64,000 bases of DNA from assembly GCA_963754875.1 (NCBI GenBank), contig CAVWHO010000017.1, positions 1 to 64,000 on the forward strand, in the 5' to 3' direction. How positions within the stretch are numbered: position 1 is the stretch's first letter; each line of letters opens with the position of its first letter. Made by a program: the position numbers and the translations under genes. Under the pieces are notes generated by a model that worked only from the letters and a program-made list of their open reading frames with translations, had not been told where the DNA came from and searched no databases. Origin of the DNA: Nitrospirota bacterium (GTDB taxonomy: Bacteria; Nitrospirota; UBA9217). Below, in pieces: positions 29,443-41,562 of this stretch.

Positions 29443-29965
29443 CAGTGCAGTCTTCTCCTTGATGATTGTAATGTCATGCGGAGCAACACTGTTCGGCTGC
29501 TCAGAGTCGGCGAAGGCTCCCAGCACCCCCGTAGCTATCACTCAAAAACCAGCTCAAAAACCTGTAACGCAGACGACCGCTACGACGACTGCTGAAACGC
29601 CGTCAACGCCGGAATACTACTATAATCCCCAAGGGAGGCGTGATCCCTTTGCGCCGATTATTGTTTCAGCAGAACGAAAGGCTCAAGGCGGGAATCGCTC
29701 GCCGCTGGAGCGGTATGATCTAAACGAGTTCAAACTGACTGGCATCGTGTGGGGTGGTTTCGGCTATAATGCAATGATCGAAGGTCCGGACGGTAAAGGC
29801 TATTTCGTTCGAGCCGGGACCATTATAGGGCCAAACAAGGGCGTCATAAAAAAAATAACACAGAATACGATGGTGGTAGAGGAAAAGTATAAAACATTTT
29901 CGGGGGTAACTGAGCGTAAGGAAATAGTCATAGAGCTCCGGAAAAAACAGGAGGGGATGCAATGA
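29411..29965 (+). CDS. pilP: Type IV pilus lipoprotein PilP (start uncertain)
   Basis: Lipobox LFGC; GRRDPF; PLERYDL. Confidence 0.9.
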   Translation: MRQVRRIKKISSAVFSLMIVMSCGATLFGCSESAKAPSTPVAITQKPAQKPVTQTTATTTAETPSTPEYYYNPQGRRDPFAPIIVSAERKAQGGNRSPLERYDLNEFKLTGIVWGGFGYNAMIEGPDGKGYFVRAGTIIGPNKGVIKKITQNTMVVEEKYKTFSGVTERKEIVIELRKKQEGMQ

Positions 29966-32307
29966 AGTACTCTCAACCGCAGAAAACGTGTTGGTTGATA
30001 ATCCTTGCTGCGCTTGTAATTGCACTTCAGGGGTGTGCAGCGAAGACTCCCGCAACTGCCAAGGAGCAGTCCGCCCAACTCGTCCTCAGTCAGATCGAGC
30101 CTCGGGAAGTGGATGGCAAAACTGAAATCGATATTGAGGGTTCTGCGCCCATTCTGCAGTACACCTCCTTCCAACTTACGGAACCTCTCCGGCTGGTGGT
30201 CGATATTTCCGATGCCAGTATCGGCAAATTTAAAGACCCTATCAAGGTCAACACCGGGGCCGTTACCGATATCACGCCTGGCCAGAAGGACGATATTGCC
30301 CGTCTGGAGATCGGTTTGTCTCAAACCGTAGATACGAAAGTATATCAGGCCGGTGGAAAACTTGTCGTCGAAGTGAGCAAACCGGAAGAGGCAAAAGCAG
30401 CCCCGGAGACTGTGGCATCCGCTGTCACTTCTTCTGTGACTTCTTCTGTGACTCCCTCACCTCAACCCGAATTGACCACGCAGGAACAGCCTTTGCCTGA
30501 GCAGGTAGAAAAAGCAACTGCGACTGTTGTAACATCGGTAAAGGCGACAGCCGGGAAAAATGGTGCGAAAATCATTATTACCGCCGACGGTTCCATGAAG
30601 CCGAATACCTTCATGGTCGGAAGCAGGAAACTCGTAGTGGATATATCGGGTGTGCGGAGCAGGGTGAGGCCGAGTGTCATCCCGGTACGAAAAGGTGGTC
30701 TTGACAAAGTGCGGGTCGGCCAGCATGCTGAGCCGGACCGGAAAGTCCGGGTTGTCATGGACCTCACGAAACCAATGGCTTATACTGTGACTGCTGAGGG
30801 GAATTCTCTGATCATAGCCATGAGCGCAGCAACTACCGTCAAACCTGAGGGGAAAATATCTCAGGAAAAAGCTCCTGCAGCGGAACCGGAGAAAGTCCAG
30901 CCTGCAGAGCAAGAGGTTACGGCGCCGCAGCCTCAGGAAGAGACGACCACCGCTGCTGTTCCCGCACCTGCTGAGCGAAAAGAAGTGCTAAAGAAGAAGG
31001 CGCCGGTCATTGCCGAAACTTCTCTTCTCGCCGGCGCCGGTAAGTTTGCGGGCAGGAAAATCTCTCTCGATCTTCAGGATGCGGACTTGGTAAACGTCAT
31101 GAGGTTGTTTGCGGAGGTAGCAAACCTCAACATTATTCTTGCCCCCGATGTGAAGGGTAAGGTGACCGTGCGCATGGTCAATATCCCTTGGGACCAGGCT
31201 ATGGACATCATCCTCAAGATGAACGGCCTGGGGTATCTTTTGGAAGACAATGTTCTTCGTATCGCTTCAGTTGGTGCTTTGACGAAGGAAGCTGAGGATG
31301 AAATGCGGTCCAAGGAAGCGAAGAAGAAAGCAGAAGACCTCATTACGCGCATCGTCCCGATAAACTATTCTACAGCTTCGATCATCGAAGGAACGATAAA
31401 AAAATCTCTCTCCCCGCGCGGGGAGACCGTCACCGACACCAGGACGAATACGCTCATTGTGAAGGATATTGCACGCAATGTCGATGAGGTCGTTTCTCTC
31501 ATCAAGCTTCTCGATAAACCGATCCCTCAGATCATGATCGAGGCGAGGATCGTCCAGGCAAACACGAATTTCAGCCGGCAGATCGGCGTGCAATGGGGCG
31601 GGAAATTCAGTGCAGATGCTGCGCATGGGAATCCGACAGGCCTCGCATTCCCGAATTCCATAACGGCTACCGGCGGCAGCGTGATGGGACCGACACCGTC
31701 GGGCAACGGCAACTTCCTCGTAAATATGCCTGCTGCGGTAGGTCAGGGATCTGGCGGTGCGCTAGGGCTGTCATTTGGCTCCATCAGCAAGGCCTTAAAT
31801 CTGGATCTTGTTCTTTCGGCTTTGGAGTCCACCGGCGAAGGCAAGGTGATATCTTCGCCGCGCGTCAGCGCGTTGGACAACAAGGAAGCCAAGATAGAAC
31901 AAGGTGTATCCATTCCTTTTTCAACAACATCGGCCGCAGGTACGCAGATACAGTTTATCGATGCCAAGCTTTCCTTGGTTGTTACTCCTCACGCAACGCC
32001 GGATAATAAAATCTTCCTCAAGATTCAAGCTACCAAGAATGCTCCCGACACTTCTCTCCTTGGAGCAACAGGTCAGCCATCCATACAGAAAGCCGAGGCA
32101 ACAACCGAGATTCTGCTTGCGAATGGTGAAACTGCAGTAATCGGCGGAATTATGATTACTGAAAAAAATGTAAACTATACAAAAGTTCCTTTTTTTGGTG
32201 ACCTGCCTCTCATTGGTTGGCTGTTCAAAAACAAGACAAACACGGACACCAAACAAGAGCTTCTTATATTTGTAACGCCGAGGATCGTTAAACAGGAAGT
32301 AATTTGA
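29962..32307 (+). CDS. pilQ: Type IV pilus secretin PilQ with two AMIN domains
   Basis: ISLDLQDAD, PWDQA, QIMIEARIV, KVPFFGDLP, ELLIFVTPRI. Confidence 0.95.
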   Translation: MKYSQPQKTCWLIILAALVIALQGCAAKTPATAKEQSAQLVLSQIEPREVDGKTEIDIEGSAPILQYTSFQLTEPLRLVVDISDASIGKFKDPIKVNTGAVTDITPGQKDDIARLEIGLSQTVDTKVYQAGGKLVVEVSKPEEAKAAPETVASAVTSSVTSSVTPSPQPELTTQEQPLPEQVEKATATVVTSVKATAGKNGAKIIITADGSMKPNTFMVGSRKLVVDISGVRSRVRPSVIPVRKGGLDKVRVGQHAEPDRKVRVVMDLTKPMAYTVTAEGNSLIIAMSAATTVKPEGKISQEKAPAAEPEKVQPAEQEVTAPQPQEETTTAAVPAPAERKEVLKKKAPVIAETSLLAGAGKFAGRKISLDLQDADLVNVMRLFAEVANLNIILAPDVKGKVTVRMVNIPWDQAMDIILKMNGLGYLLEDNVLRIASVGALTKEAEDEMRSKEAKKKAEDLITRIVPINYSTASIIEGTIKKSLSPRGETVTDTRTNTLIVKDIARNVDEVVSLIKLLDKPIPQIMIEARIVQANTNFSRQIGVQWGGKFSADAAHGNPTGLAFPNSITATGGSVMGPTPSGNGNFLVNMPAAVGQGSGGALGLSFGSISKALNLDLVLSALESTGEGKVISSPRVSALDNKEAKIEQGVSIPFSTTSAAGTQIQFIDAKLSLVVTPHATPDNKIFLKIQATKNAPDTSLLGATGQPSIQKAEATTEILLANGETAVIGGIMITEKNVNYTKVPFFGDLPLIGWLFKNKTNTDTKQELLIFVTPRIVKQEVI

Positions 32308-32503
32308 GAAGAAAAGATATCCCGAAGCTTTTGAACAAGCAAACGAGAAAAATCAACATTCAATAACGTACTGTAATTTGTTATATAGTATGGCAATACT
32401 GGCCACTCTAGGTAGAGTGACGCAATGTATGACAAAAAAGGCTGCACCCAGTAGAGCTTAGATTTCTATGGTGCTAAATTTTACTAATGCTGAGGTTCGC
32501 AAA

Positions 32504-32977
32504 ATGAGACTGACCATAAAGCTTATGTTTATTTTATTCCTCCTGCTTTTGGCGTCTACCTTACTACTAACGCCCGGCTGCGGCAAGACACTTACCGGCA
32601 AAGGCAGCGGGGGGTGCGCGGAAAGGACGGCTCCGGATGGGTCCACAATAACGCCACCGACAAATCTCAGCGCTCCGTCAATCAGCGGGACCTGTTATCC
32701 TGTTTTGACTTTTACAGTTAAAGGTTCAGACGGACTTCCCTTGAACGGCATCTGTGTAGAAGTATTCACGAATGCAAGCTTGGCGCTTCATTCAGGACTT
32801 CCGGACTGCAGTAATGTTACAGCTAACCCGCAAAGCTCAATTATCGCGACGACAGACAGCAGCGGCAATGTGGTGATTGAGCTTGGAACGCCAGCAGCAA
32901 CGGCAGGAACTACTTTTTTTGTGCAAGTGTCTTCAGGAGCTGCTTCTGCAGCAGTAACTACACCAGCTGCACTGTAA
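32504..32977 (+). CDS. Putative Ig-like lipoprotein
   Basis: Lipobox TPGC; Ser/Thr/Gly-rich; FTVKGSDGLPL and TTDSSG Big-like motifs; additional Cys residues. Confidence 0.6.
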   Translation: MRLTIKLMFILFLLLLASTLLLTPGCGKTLTGKGSGGCAERTAPDGSTITPPTNLSAPSISGTCYPVLTFTVKGSDGLPLNGICVEVFTNASLALHSGLPDCSNVTANPQSSIIATTDSSGNVVIELGTPAATAGTTFFVQVSSGAASAAVTTPAAL

Positions 32978-33019
32978 ACTAGGCTGTTCGCGGGAGACGA
33001 AGATTTGGAGGCAATTAAA

Positions 33020-33384
33020 ATGAGGTATATCAGGTTAACAACACTTTTTGGCGATTTCGGTATTGGGGTTTGACTAAAGTTGTCCACCTTCTAAGGTTGA
33101 TAGCAGCAGCGGAAGTGCGGCTGTTGTCCCCGGCAGTGCCGTAATTCCCTTAGCTTTAAACTAATTACAGCAAGCCCTTCTTCAATTTCAACATGCGGGA
33201 CTCTCAAATTAGATTGCATGTTGTGGGTACCATGAGTAAACTCGTACCTGATGCGGCTGTCGTCAAATTGAGTCTTTCGAGTATACGGTACCAAGGAATA
33301 GCGGTGTTGCAGTACACTCTCTCAGACGATATTTGGAACGTTCCGCAACTAGATGGGTATGGAGAAGCTACTGTTTTAAGATAA
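33020..33384 (+). pseudogene. Decayed remnant of a secreted Ig-like (Big_1/invasin-like) gene
   Basis: GGAGG RBS plus ATG at 33020; fragments LITASPSSISTCG and KLVPDAAVVKLSLSS in different frames, with stops. Confidence 0.45.
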
Positions 33385-33394
33385 TAAACTGTGT

Positions 33395-33430
33395 AAATAC
33401 CCGCGGCTGATGTCGCGGGTATTTGTTTTC
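33395..33430 (+). terminator. Rho-independent terminator
   Basis: AAATACCCGCGGC-tgat-GTCGCGGGTATTT followed by GTTTT. Confidence 0.75.
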
Positions 33431-33596
33431 TAGCGTTTTTACATGGGGAGTATTCCCAAAGAGTGTGCCTGGATCTATCTTTTATTTGGTTTCTCAGTTT
33501 TGTGAGAAAAATATATCATAACGCCTTGCTGGACGTGGGTTTTCTTGACTTAATGTGCGGCTCTGCCTCGCATGATGATTTGTTCAGAGAGGCATC

Positions 33597-34484
33597 ATGA
33601 TCTTTAAATCTACTCATACAACTTTATCAAAAATGACGATCGCTATAAAGGAATGCCGTCGTGATGCATCAACTGCGGACGGTCATTTTGGGGAGCATGG
33701 ATCCTCTTCGCCTTTTAGGCAATGGGCACTGTTCTTTGTGCTTATCCTGTTTGCAGGCTGCGCTTCCGTAAATAATCCACCCGTTGATATCCAAACGTAC
33801 GACTATGCCAGCGAGCTGTTTCAGAAGGGGTTGTACGGGGATGCACGCGATGCATACCGTTACCTTGCGGAGACTTATCCGAAAGCAGCATTGGCCGAGA
33901 AGGCGCAATACAATGCAGCGTACATCCTCGTTTACTATAAAAACCCCGACCAGGATTATTCCGGCGCTGAACGTGAGTTCGACGTTTTTTTACAGCACCA
34001 CCCAACGAGTAAACTCGCAGATGAAGCGAAGACATGGTTGGCAGTCCTCAAGAGTTTCGACCAGTCAAAAACGCATGAGTTCATGAACGAGGTCGAGTCG
34101 CTCTCAAAAAAAATTCATACTCTGTGGACCGAAATAGAGGACAGGCAGGCAGACGAAGAAAAACTGGGAAGAGAGAAAGATGCGCTCCTTGCAGAGAAGG
34201 AGGACCTGTCCAAAAAAGCCGATGAGTTGCTAAAGGAGAAAGAACTCCTGTTAAGCGAGAAAACTGCGGTAACTGCAGAGCGGGATGGACTTGTACAGGA
34301 TAAAATCGCCCTCCAGAAAAGGGTCTTGTCGCTGACCGAGGAGAAGAACCATCTTATCCTCGCGAAGAAAAAGCTGGAAAAGAGTGTTCATGATCTGACC
34401 ATGGTGGACGTAAAGATGGAGAAACAGCGAAAGAAGATTAAAAAAGAGGAAACGATCAAGGACAAAAGCTCAACCCCTCGCTGA
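33597..34484 (+). CDS. TPR (BamD/YfiO-like) lipoprotein with C-terminal coiled coil (start uncertain)
   Basis: Lipobox FAGC; YP...AEKAQY and HPTSKLADEA TPR motifs; heptad-rich tail. Confidence 0.7.
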   Translation: MIFKSTHTTLSKMTIAIKECRRDASTADGHFGEHGSSSPFRQWALFFVLILFAGCASVNNPPVDIQTYDYASELFQKGLYGDARDAYRYLAETYPKAALAEKAQYNAAYILVYYKNPDQDYSGAEREFDVFLQHHPTSKLADEAKTWLAVLKSFDQSKTHEFMNEVESLSKKIHTLWTEIEDRQADEEKLGREKDALLAEKEDLSKKADELLKEKELLLSEKTAVTAERDGLVQDKIALQKRVLSLTEEKNHLILAKKKLEKSVHDLTMVDVKMEKQRKKIKKEETIKDKSSTPR

Positions 34485-34597
34485 GCGTTCGCCGTCAGTT
34501 TGTAGAAACATACGGTGACGTATTCACTTCATTATAAACAGGAATAATAAAACCAGCGGCACAACTGTTAGACTCTTGAGATGCGTAACCAACGGCT

Positions 34598-34793
34598 TTA
34601 CGCCGGATGTTGCCTGCTCATCCTCAGATTTTTCTGCTTTCGCTTCTGCGCTTCCCTTCCGTTTCTTTTTTAAAGAGGGTTTTTCATAAAACCATCTATT
34701 CTTCAACTACCGGAACAGCCCATCATGCTGCATTTTGCGCTTGAGCAGCCGGAGGGCTTTTTCGATGTTTTTATCATTTACTCTTATCTCCAA
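34598..34793 (-). pseudogene. rpsU: 30S ribosomal protein S21 pseudogene
   Basis: MEIRVNDKNIEKALRLLKRKMQHDGLFR*LKNRWFYEKPSLKKKRK, then a frameshift to EAQKRK; in-frame TAG at 34707-34709. Confidence 0.85.
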
Positions 34794-35122
34794 TTATTTT
34801 GCTTCTTTCCTCCCGATCCTCCTCGATCGAATCCGCGTTGGCCGCCTCTGCCGCCCCCGGACGTACCGCGCTCGCGCTGAGGTCTTGCTTCGCTCACATT
34901 GATTGTCCGGTCCATGACGGGAGTTCCATTGAGGGTCGTGATGGCCTTCTCGGCGTCCTCATCGTTTGCCATTTCCACAAATCCGAAGCCCCTCGATCGT
35001 CCTGTTGCGGCATCCGTCACAATCTTACTCGACGTTACTTCTCCGATTGCGGCAAAAACATCCTTGAGCCCATCCTCTGTGATCTGATACGGCAGATTCC
35101 CCACATAAAGCTTCTTTGACAT
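34784..35122 (-). CDS. RRM RNA-binding protein with Gly-rich tail
   Basis: LYVGNL (RNP2); RGFGFVEM (RNP1). Confidence 0.95.
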   Translation of the reverse strand: MSKKLYVGNLPYQITEDGLKDVFAAIGEVTSSKIVTDAATGRSRGFGFVEMANDEDAEKAITTLNGTPVMDRTINVSEARPQRERGTSGGGRGGQRGFDRGGSGGKKQNNWR

Positions 35123-35274
35123 GTTCGTCCTCCTGATACGGTAAATTTGATGTTATCCTTGCTCATGGTACTAATGATACCAGAAACTGAGCATTTTTGC
35201 AGGCACAGTATGACCGGATTGAAACTGACTCGGCTCTGGTCAACAAATCAACAAAAAAGACCGCAACAAGAAAC

Positions 35275-35313
35275 AAAAAAGGCTGCAAACTTATTACCGA
35301 AGTTTTGCAGCCC
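35275..35313 (-). terminator. Hairpin plus U-tract between der and the RRM gene
   Basis: Minus strand GGCTGCAAAACTT...AAGTTTGCAGCC-TTTTTT. Confidence 0.7.
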
Positions 35314-35391
35314 GCAATTTAACAAAAACGCACGATTTTATATCTTGTCTCTGTTTTTTAAAAAAAATCTCTGTTGTTGCGAGAAGTCAAC

Positions 35392-36753
35392 TTATTTTTT
35401 TCGTGATGCTCTTTGCGCGAAGGGCAGTTCTTCTCTCCGGTTCTTTGCGAATATCCGGATCGGCGTGCCACCAAAACCGAAGGCATCGCGCAGGTTGTTC
35501 TCGATGTAGCGGAGGTAAGAGAAGTGTACGCCTGCGGGGTAGTTGACGAATACGATGAACGTGGGCGGCTTGATGCCTCCCTGGGTTATATAATAATATT
35601 TTACCCGTTTGCCGCGGTAGAGCGGAGGTTCGTGGGATGCGGTGAGCCGTTCGAAAATGCGGTTAAGTTCTGCTGTAGGTACCCGTTTTTCAGCTTCCTT
35701 GATCACGCGGTCGATCTCATCGAAGACCTTGGTAATGCGTTGGCGGGTTTTGGCAGAAATGGTAAGGACCGGGGCATATGCAGCGAATTTGAGCCGCTGC
35801 TGGATTTCGGCCATGAACCTCTTATAGGCCTCTTCCTTGTCAGGCACGAGGTCCCACTTGTTGAGAATGAGGATGAGCCCCTTGCCTTCATCATGGACCA
35901 GGCCGGCGACCCGCTCGTCCTGTTCGGTGATCCCTTCCACAGCGTCGATAAGTACGAGAGCGACGTCTGCCCGTGACAGGCTCTTTATGGCCCGCATGAC
36001 GCTGTATTTTTCCACACCCCGGCCGATTTTGCCGCGGCTCCGGATTCCGGCTGTATCAACGAGCGTATATTTTCTGCCGTAGTACTGGTAGATGCTGTCT
36101 ACGGAATCCCGGGTGGTGCCTGCGACGGGACTGACAATCATCCGGTCTTCGCCGATCAGCGAGTTCACAAATGAGGACTTCCCCACGTTCGGCCGGCCCA
36201 GGATCGAGATTCTCGGAATGTCGGCCGGTTCGTTATCCTGCAAGCCGGACGGCGACTCCGGCAAAAGCCGCCAGAGTTCATCCATGAGGTCGGAAAAGCC
36301 AGGGCCGTGCTGGGCAGAAAGCGGGTAGAGGGTGTCTATGCCGAGTCGGTAAAAGTCGGGGATGAGGCCTTCATGCTTCGCGCCGTCCACTTTATTGACA
36401 GCATAAATCACGGGTTTGCCCGACGCCCTGAGCCTGTGCGACACTTCGATGTCCGCGGGCAGCAGTCCCTGCTTGCCGTCAAGGAGGAAGATGATGATAT
36501 CGGCCTCTTCCACGGCAAGCGTGGTCTGGTCCCGCATCTTTACGTACATGGGGTCTTCGGTCTCAGGCTCAAAGCCGCCGGTGTCCACGAGCAGAAAGCG
36601 CTTGTTCTCCCATTCGGCCTCTGCATAATTGCGGTCGCGTGTGACACCAGGCATATCCTCGACGATGGCGAAGTTTCTGCCGAGGATCCGGTTAAAGAGC
36701 GTGGATTTGCCGACGTTGGGACGGCCCACTATGGCAACGACTGGTTTCGACAT
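35392..36753 (-). CDS. der: Ribosome biogenesis GTPase Der
   Basis: Two GTPase domains with GRPNVGKS; C-terminal KH-like domain. Confidence 0.97.
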   Translation of the reverse strand: MSKPVVAIVGRPNVGKSTLFNRILGRNFAIVEDMPGVTRDRNYAEAEWENKRFLLVDTGGFEPETEDPMYVKMRDQTTLAVEEADIIIFLLDGKQGLLPADIEVSHRLRASGKPVIYAVNKVDGAKHEGLIPDFYRLGIDTLYPLSAQHGPGFSDLMDELWRLLPESPSGLQDNEPADIPRISILGRPNVGKSSFVNSLIGEDRMIVSPVAGTTRDSVDSIYQYYGRKYTLVDTAGIRSRGKIGRGVEKYSVMRAIKSLSRADVALVLIDAVEGITEQDERVAGLVHDEGKGLILILNKWDLVPDKEEAYKRFMAEIQQRLKFAAYAPVLTISAKTRQRITKVFDEIDRVIKEAEKRVPTAELNRIFERLTASHEPPLYRGKRVKYYYITQGGIKPPTFIVFVNYPAGVHFSYLRYIENNLRDAFGFGGTPIRIFAKNRREELPFAQRASRKK

Positions 36754-36956
36754 GGTTTTATGAGCAAGGAACAGAGCGCAGCGTGCTTATACGGGCAAGT
36801 GAAAGAGGCACAGCAGATGACATCCCCCGCACCGCCCTTGATGATCTTAGCCTTGCACTATAGCACTATTGTCAGCGGCAGTTCAAGAAAAAACCTTGCA
36901 CAGCCCTGATAATTGTGTTATTTTTTATCACCAAACCGCTTATGAGGGAGGCCATC

Positions 36957-37481
36957 ATGCTAAGACTCGTCCTGCTGGCAGCGTGCATCGTCGTGTTCTC
37001 CGCTTCTTCCGCCCGTGCGGATTTCTACCGATGGGTGGACAAAGACGGGAAGGAGTTTTTCACTAATGACCCTAAACAAATACCGCAGGAATACCGCAAC
37101 AGTGCTTCGACAATAAAACCTGACGAATCCCGGGTGAGTGTGGGAGAACGGCCGGCAGCACCGGGAAAAACATCGGTAAAATCCGGCGACCACAAAGACA
37201 AGTACGGCAGAAACGAGGATTACTGGCGAAAGCGTGCGGAAAAGTACCGGCGTCAACTGAGAGATTTTCAGTATGAGTACGATCTGATCGTGAAGAAAGA
37301 AAAGGATGAGGACGACAATCCGAAGATTTTAACGAGTAGGAGAAAAAAAGCACTGGCAAGCCGCGAGAAAAAAAAGGCCCAGCTTGAGAAAAAGATCGTA
37401 AAGACGAAGAGAATACTGGACGTAGACCTGCCAGAAGAGGCACGAAGGGCCGATGCCTATCCGGGATGGGTACGTGAGTGA
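36957..37481 (+). CDS. DUF4124-domain secreted protein
   Basis: Signal peptide; ADFYRWVDKDG..FFTN; coiled coil. Confidence 0.8.
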   Translation: MLRLVLLAACIVVFSASSARADFYRWVDKDGKEFFTNDPKQIPQEYRNSASTIKPDESRVSVGERPAAPGKTSVKSGDHKDKYGRNEDYWRKRAEKYRRQLRDFQYEYDLIVKKEKDEDDNPKILTSRRKKALASREKKKAQLEKKIVKTKRILDVDLPEEARRADAYPGWVRE

Positions 37482-37664
37482 ACCCGCAGTTGCAATGCCT
37501 CCAATCAGAGCAAATGCCCGCAAGAACGATGTCTGATCTGACTGAAGAATGCGGCAAAAAGAGTGTTTTCGATGCAGGAAGAAGTAGTTTTACGAATTCG
37601 GTTTCGGCAGCGCATGCTGTCCGGCGATGCACGATGCCCTCCGGCCGGACCGGGGGGTTATTTC

Positions 37665-38339
37665 ATGAAAAAGATAATTATTGCAGAACCCATCATACAC
37701 GACATCGAACGGAACAATACCGTATTCGGCCGGGGAAGCATCTCGGTCATTTCTGCCAGGTCATCCGAGGAAATTCTGAATCTTCACGGAGCTCATCAGG
37801 CGGACCTCATTATCACTGACTTCGAACTGCCGTTCATGGGTGCTGCACAACTCTGCTCCCTGATTCGGAACGATGCCGGCCTTAAGAACGTGTCGATCAT
37901 TATCGTCTGCAATGCGACCGATGCGTCACTGGCGGATTGCCGGGAATCGGGTGCGAATGCCGTCATACCGAAACCAGCGAGCCCGGATGCGCTCTTTGCA
38001 ACAATGTCCGAACTGCTCGTCGTTCCCCAGCGGAAGGACATCCGGGTCTTGCAGCGCATATCAGTGAAAAGCACCGAAGGGGACACTACTTTTTTCGCCC
38101 AATCGCTGAATATCAGCATTTCCGGCATGCTGATTGAGACCGACCGTACTTTCAAACAAGGCGATCGACTGACGTGCGCCTTTAACATCGCGCACAATGA
38201 GGTTGCTGTTGACTGTATGGTCATGAGAACGGATAGGACCGCTTCAGGAAAGCGACGGTATGGAATAAAGTTCATGAACTGCGATACAAAATCTCTTGTC
38301 ATCATTGATCATTTTGTCAAGACTCAAATAAAACGCTGA
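37665..38339 (+). CDS. Receiver-PilZ hybrid protein
   Basis: ITDFELP and IPKP receiver motifs; PilZ RKDIR and NISISG. Confidence 0.8.
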   Translation: MKKIIIAEPIIHDIERNNTVFGRGSISVISARSSEEILNLHGAHQADLIITDFELPFMGAAQLCSLIRNDAGLKNVSIIIVCNATDASLADCRESGANAVIPKPASPDALFATMSELLVVPQRKDIRVLQRISVKSTEGDTTFFAQSLNISISGMLIETDRTFKQGDRLTCAFNIAHNEVAVDCMVMRTDRTASGKRRYGIKFMNCDTKSLVIIDHFVKTQIKR

Positions 38340-38440
38340 ATCGTCGCTGCGCTGCTAGAGAGAGCGGGCGAGATTGAAATAAAAAAACGAGGGACAGGGA
38401 TTTTTTCTGCAGACGACGTTTTCCGGGGAGGGGAGCAGTT

Positions 38441-40918
<2,478 letters not shown>

Positions 40919-40928
40919 TGCGGGTATA

Positions 40929-41519
40929 ATGGTAAACTCCATGAAAGCTGCTAAAATTTCATTTAAAAATGTCGTCTTGTCCAGGCAGCGGCTACAGGTG
41001 CCGTTCGCCGTGTTCTTTTTAGTCAGCCTGCTTCTCCTGTCGACATCCTGCGGCTACCATTTAACGTCGATCGACGGGATCGTTCCTCAAGGTGCGAAGA
41101 CCATAGCGATCCCCGTGTTTATCAATAACACCATGGAGCCCTACGCTGATGTGGAGGTTACGAAAGCCGTTGTGGAAGAGTTTCTCACCGATGGAAGGCT
41201 TAAAGTCGTGAGCGTGGACGCCGCAGACCTCGTTTTGCGGGGACGCGTGACGAGGTTCGATTTAACACCGCAGGCATATACGGCCGATACGCATGTGCAA
41301 TCGTACAACGTCGGCATCGGCGTCAGCATCAGCATTGAAGATACAAAAACACAGAAGCTGATTTTGCAGGATACCCCTTTCACTTCGGTTTTTACGTCCT
41401 ACTATTCAGTTACCCTGGGGGACATTTCGCAGACCAAGATAGCAAAAGACGCTGCAATGAAAAGCGCGTGTCAGGATCTTGCTTCCACGCTGAGAAGCAG
41501 AGTGCTCGAGGGATTTTAA
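40929..41519 (+). CDS. lptE: LPS assembly lipoprotein LptE (start uncertain)
   Basis: Lipobox SCGYH; leuS-lptE-holA synteny. Confidence 0.85.
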   Translation: MVNSMKAAKISFKNVVLSRQRLQVPFAVFFLVSLLLLSTSCGYHLTSIDGIVPQGAKTIAIPVFINNTMEPYADVEVTKAVVEEFLTDGRLKVVSVDAADLVLRGRVTRFDLTPQAYTADTHVQSYNVGIGVSISIEDTKTQKLILQDTPFTSVFTSYYSVTLGDISQTKIAKDAAMKSACQDLASTLRSRVLEGF

Positions 41520-41562
41520 AATCTCAACGACGTGACTGAAGACAGCATCGGGGTATTTAATC

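Noticed and set aside
30420..30456. 12-nt tandem repeat in pilQ (VTSS units)
   Set aside because: In-frame linker expansion; not CRISPR and not a phase-variation tract
34707..34709. TAG recoding (pyrrolysine or alternative code) in rpsU
   Set aside because: TAG terminates many genes here at the expected positions (pilN, ilvC, holA, rpsT), and rpsU has other lesions
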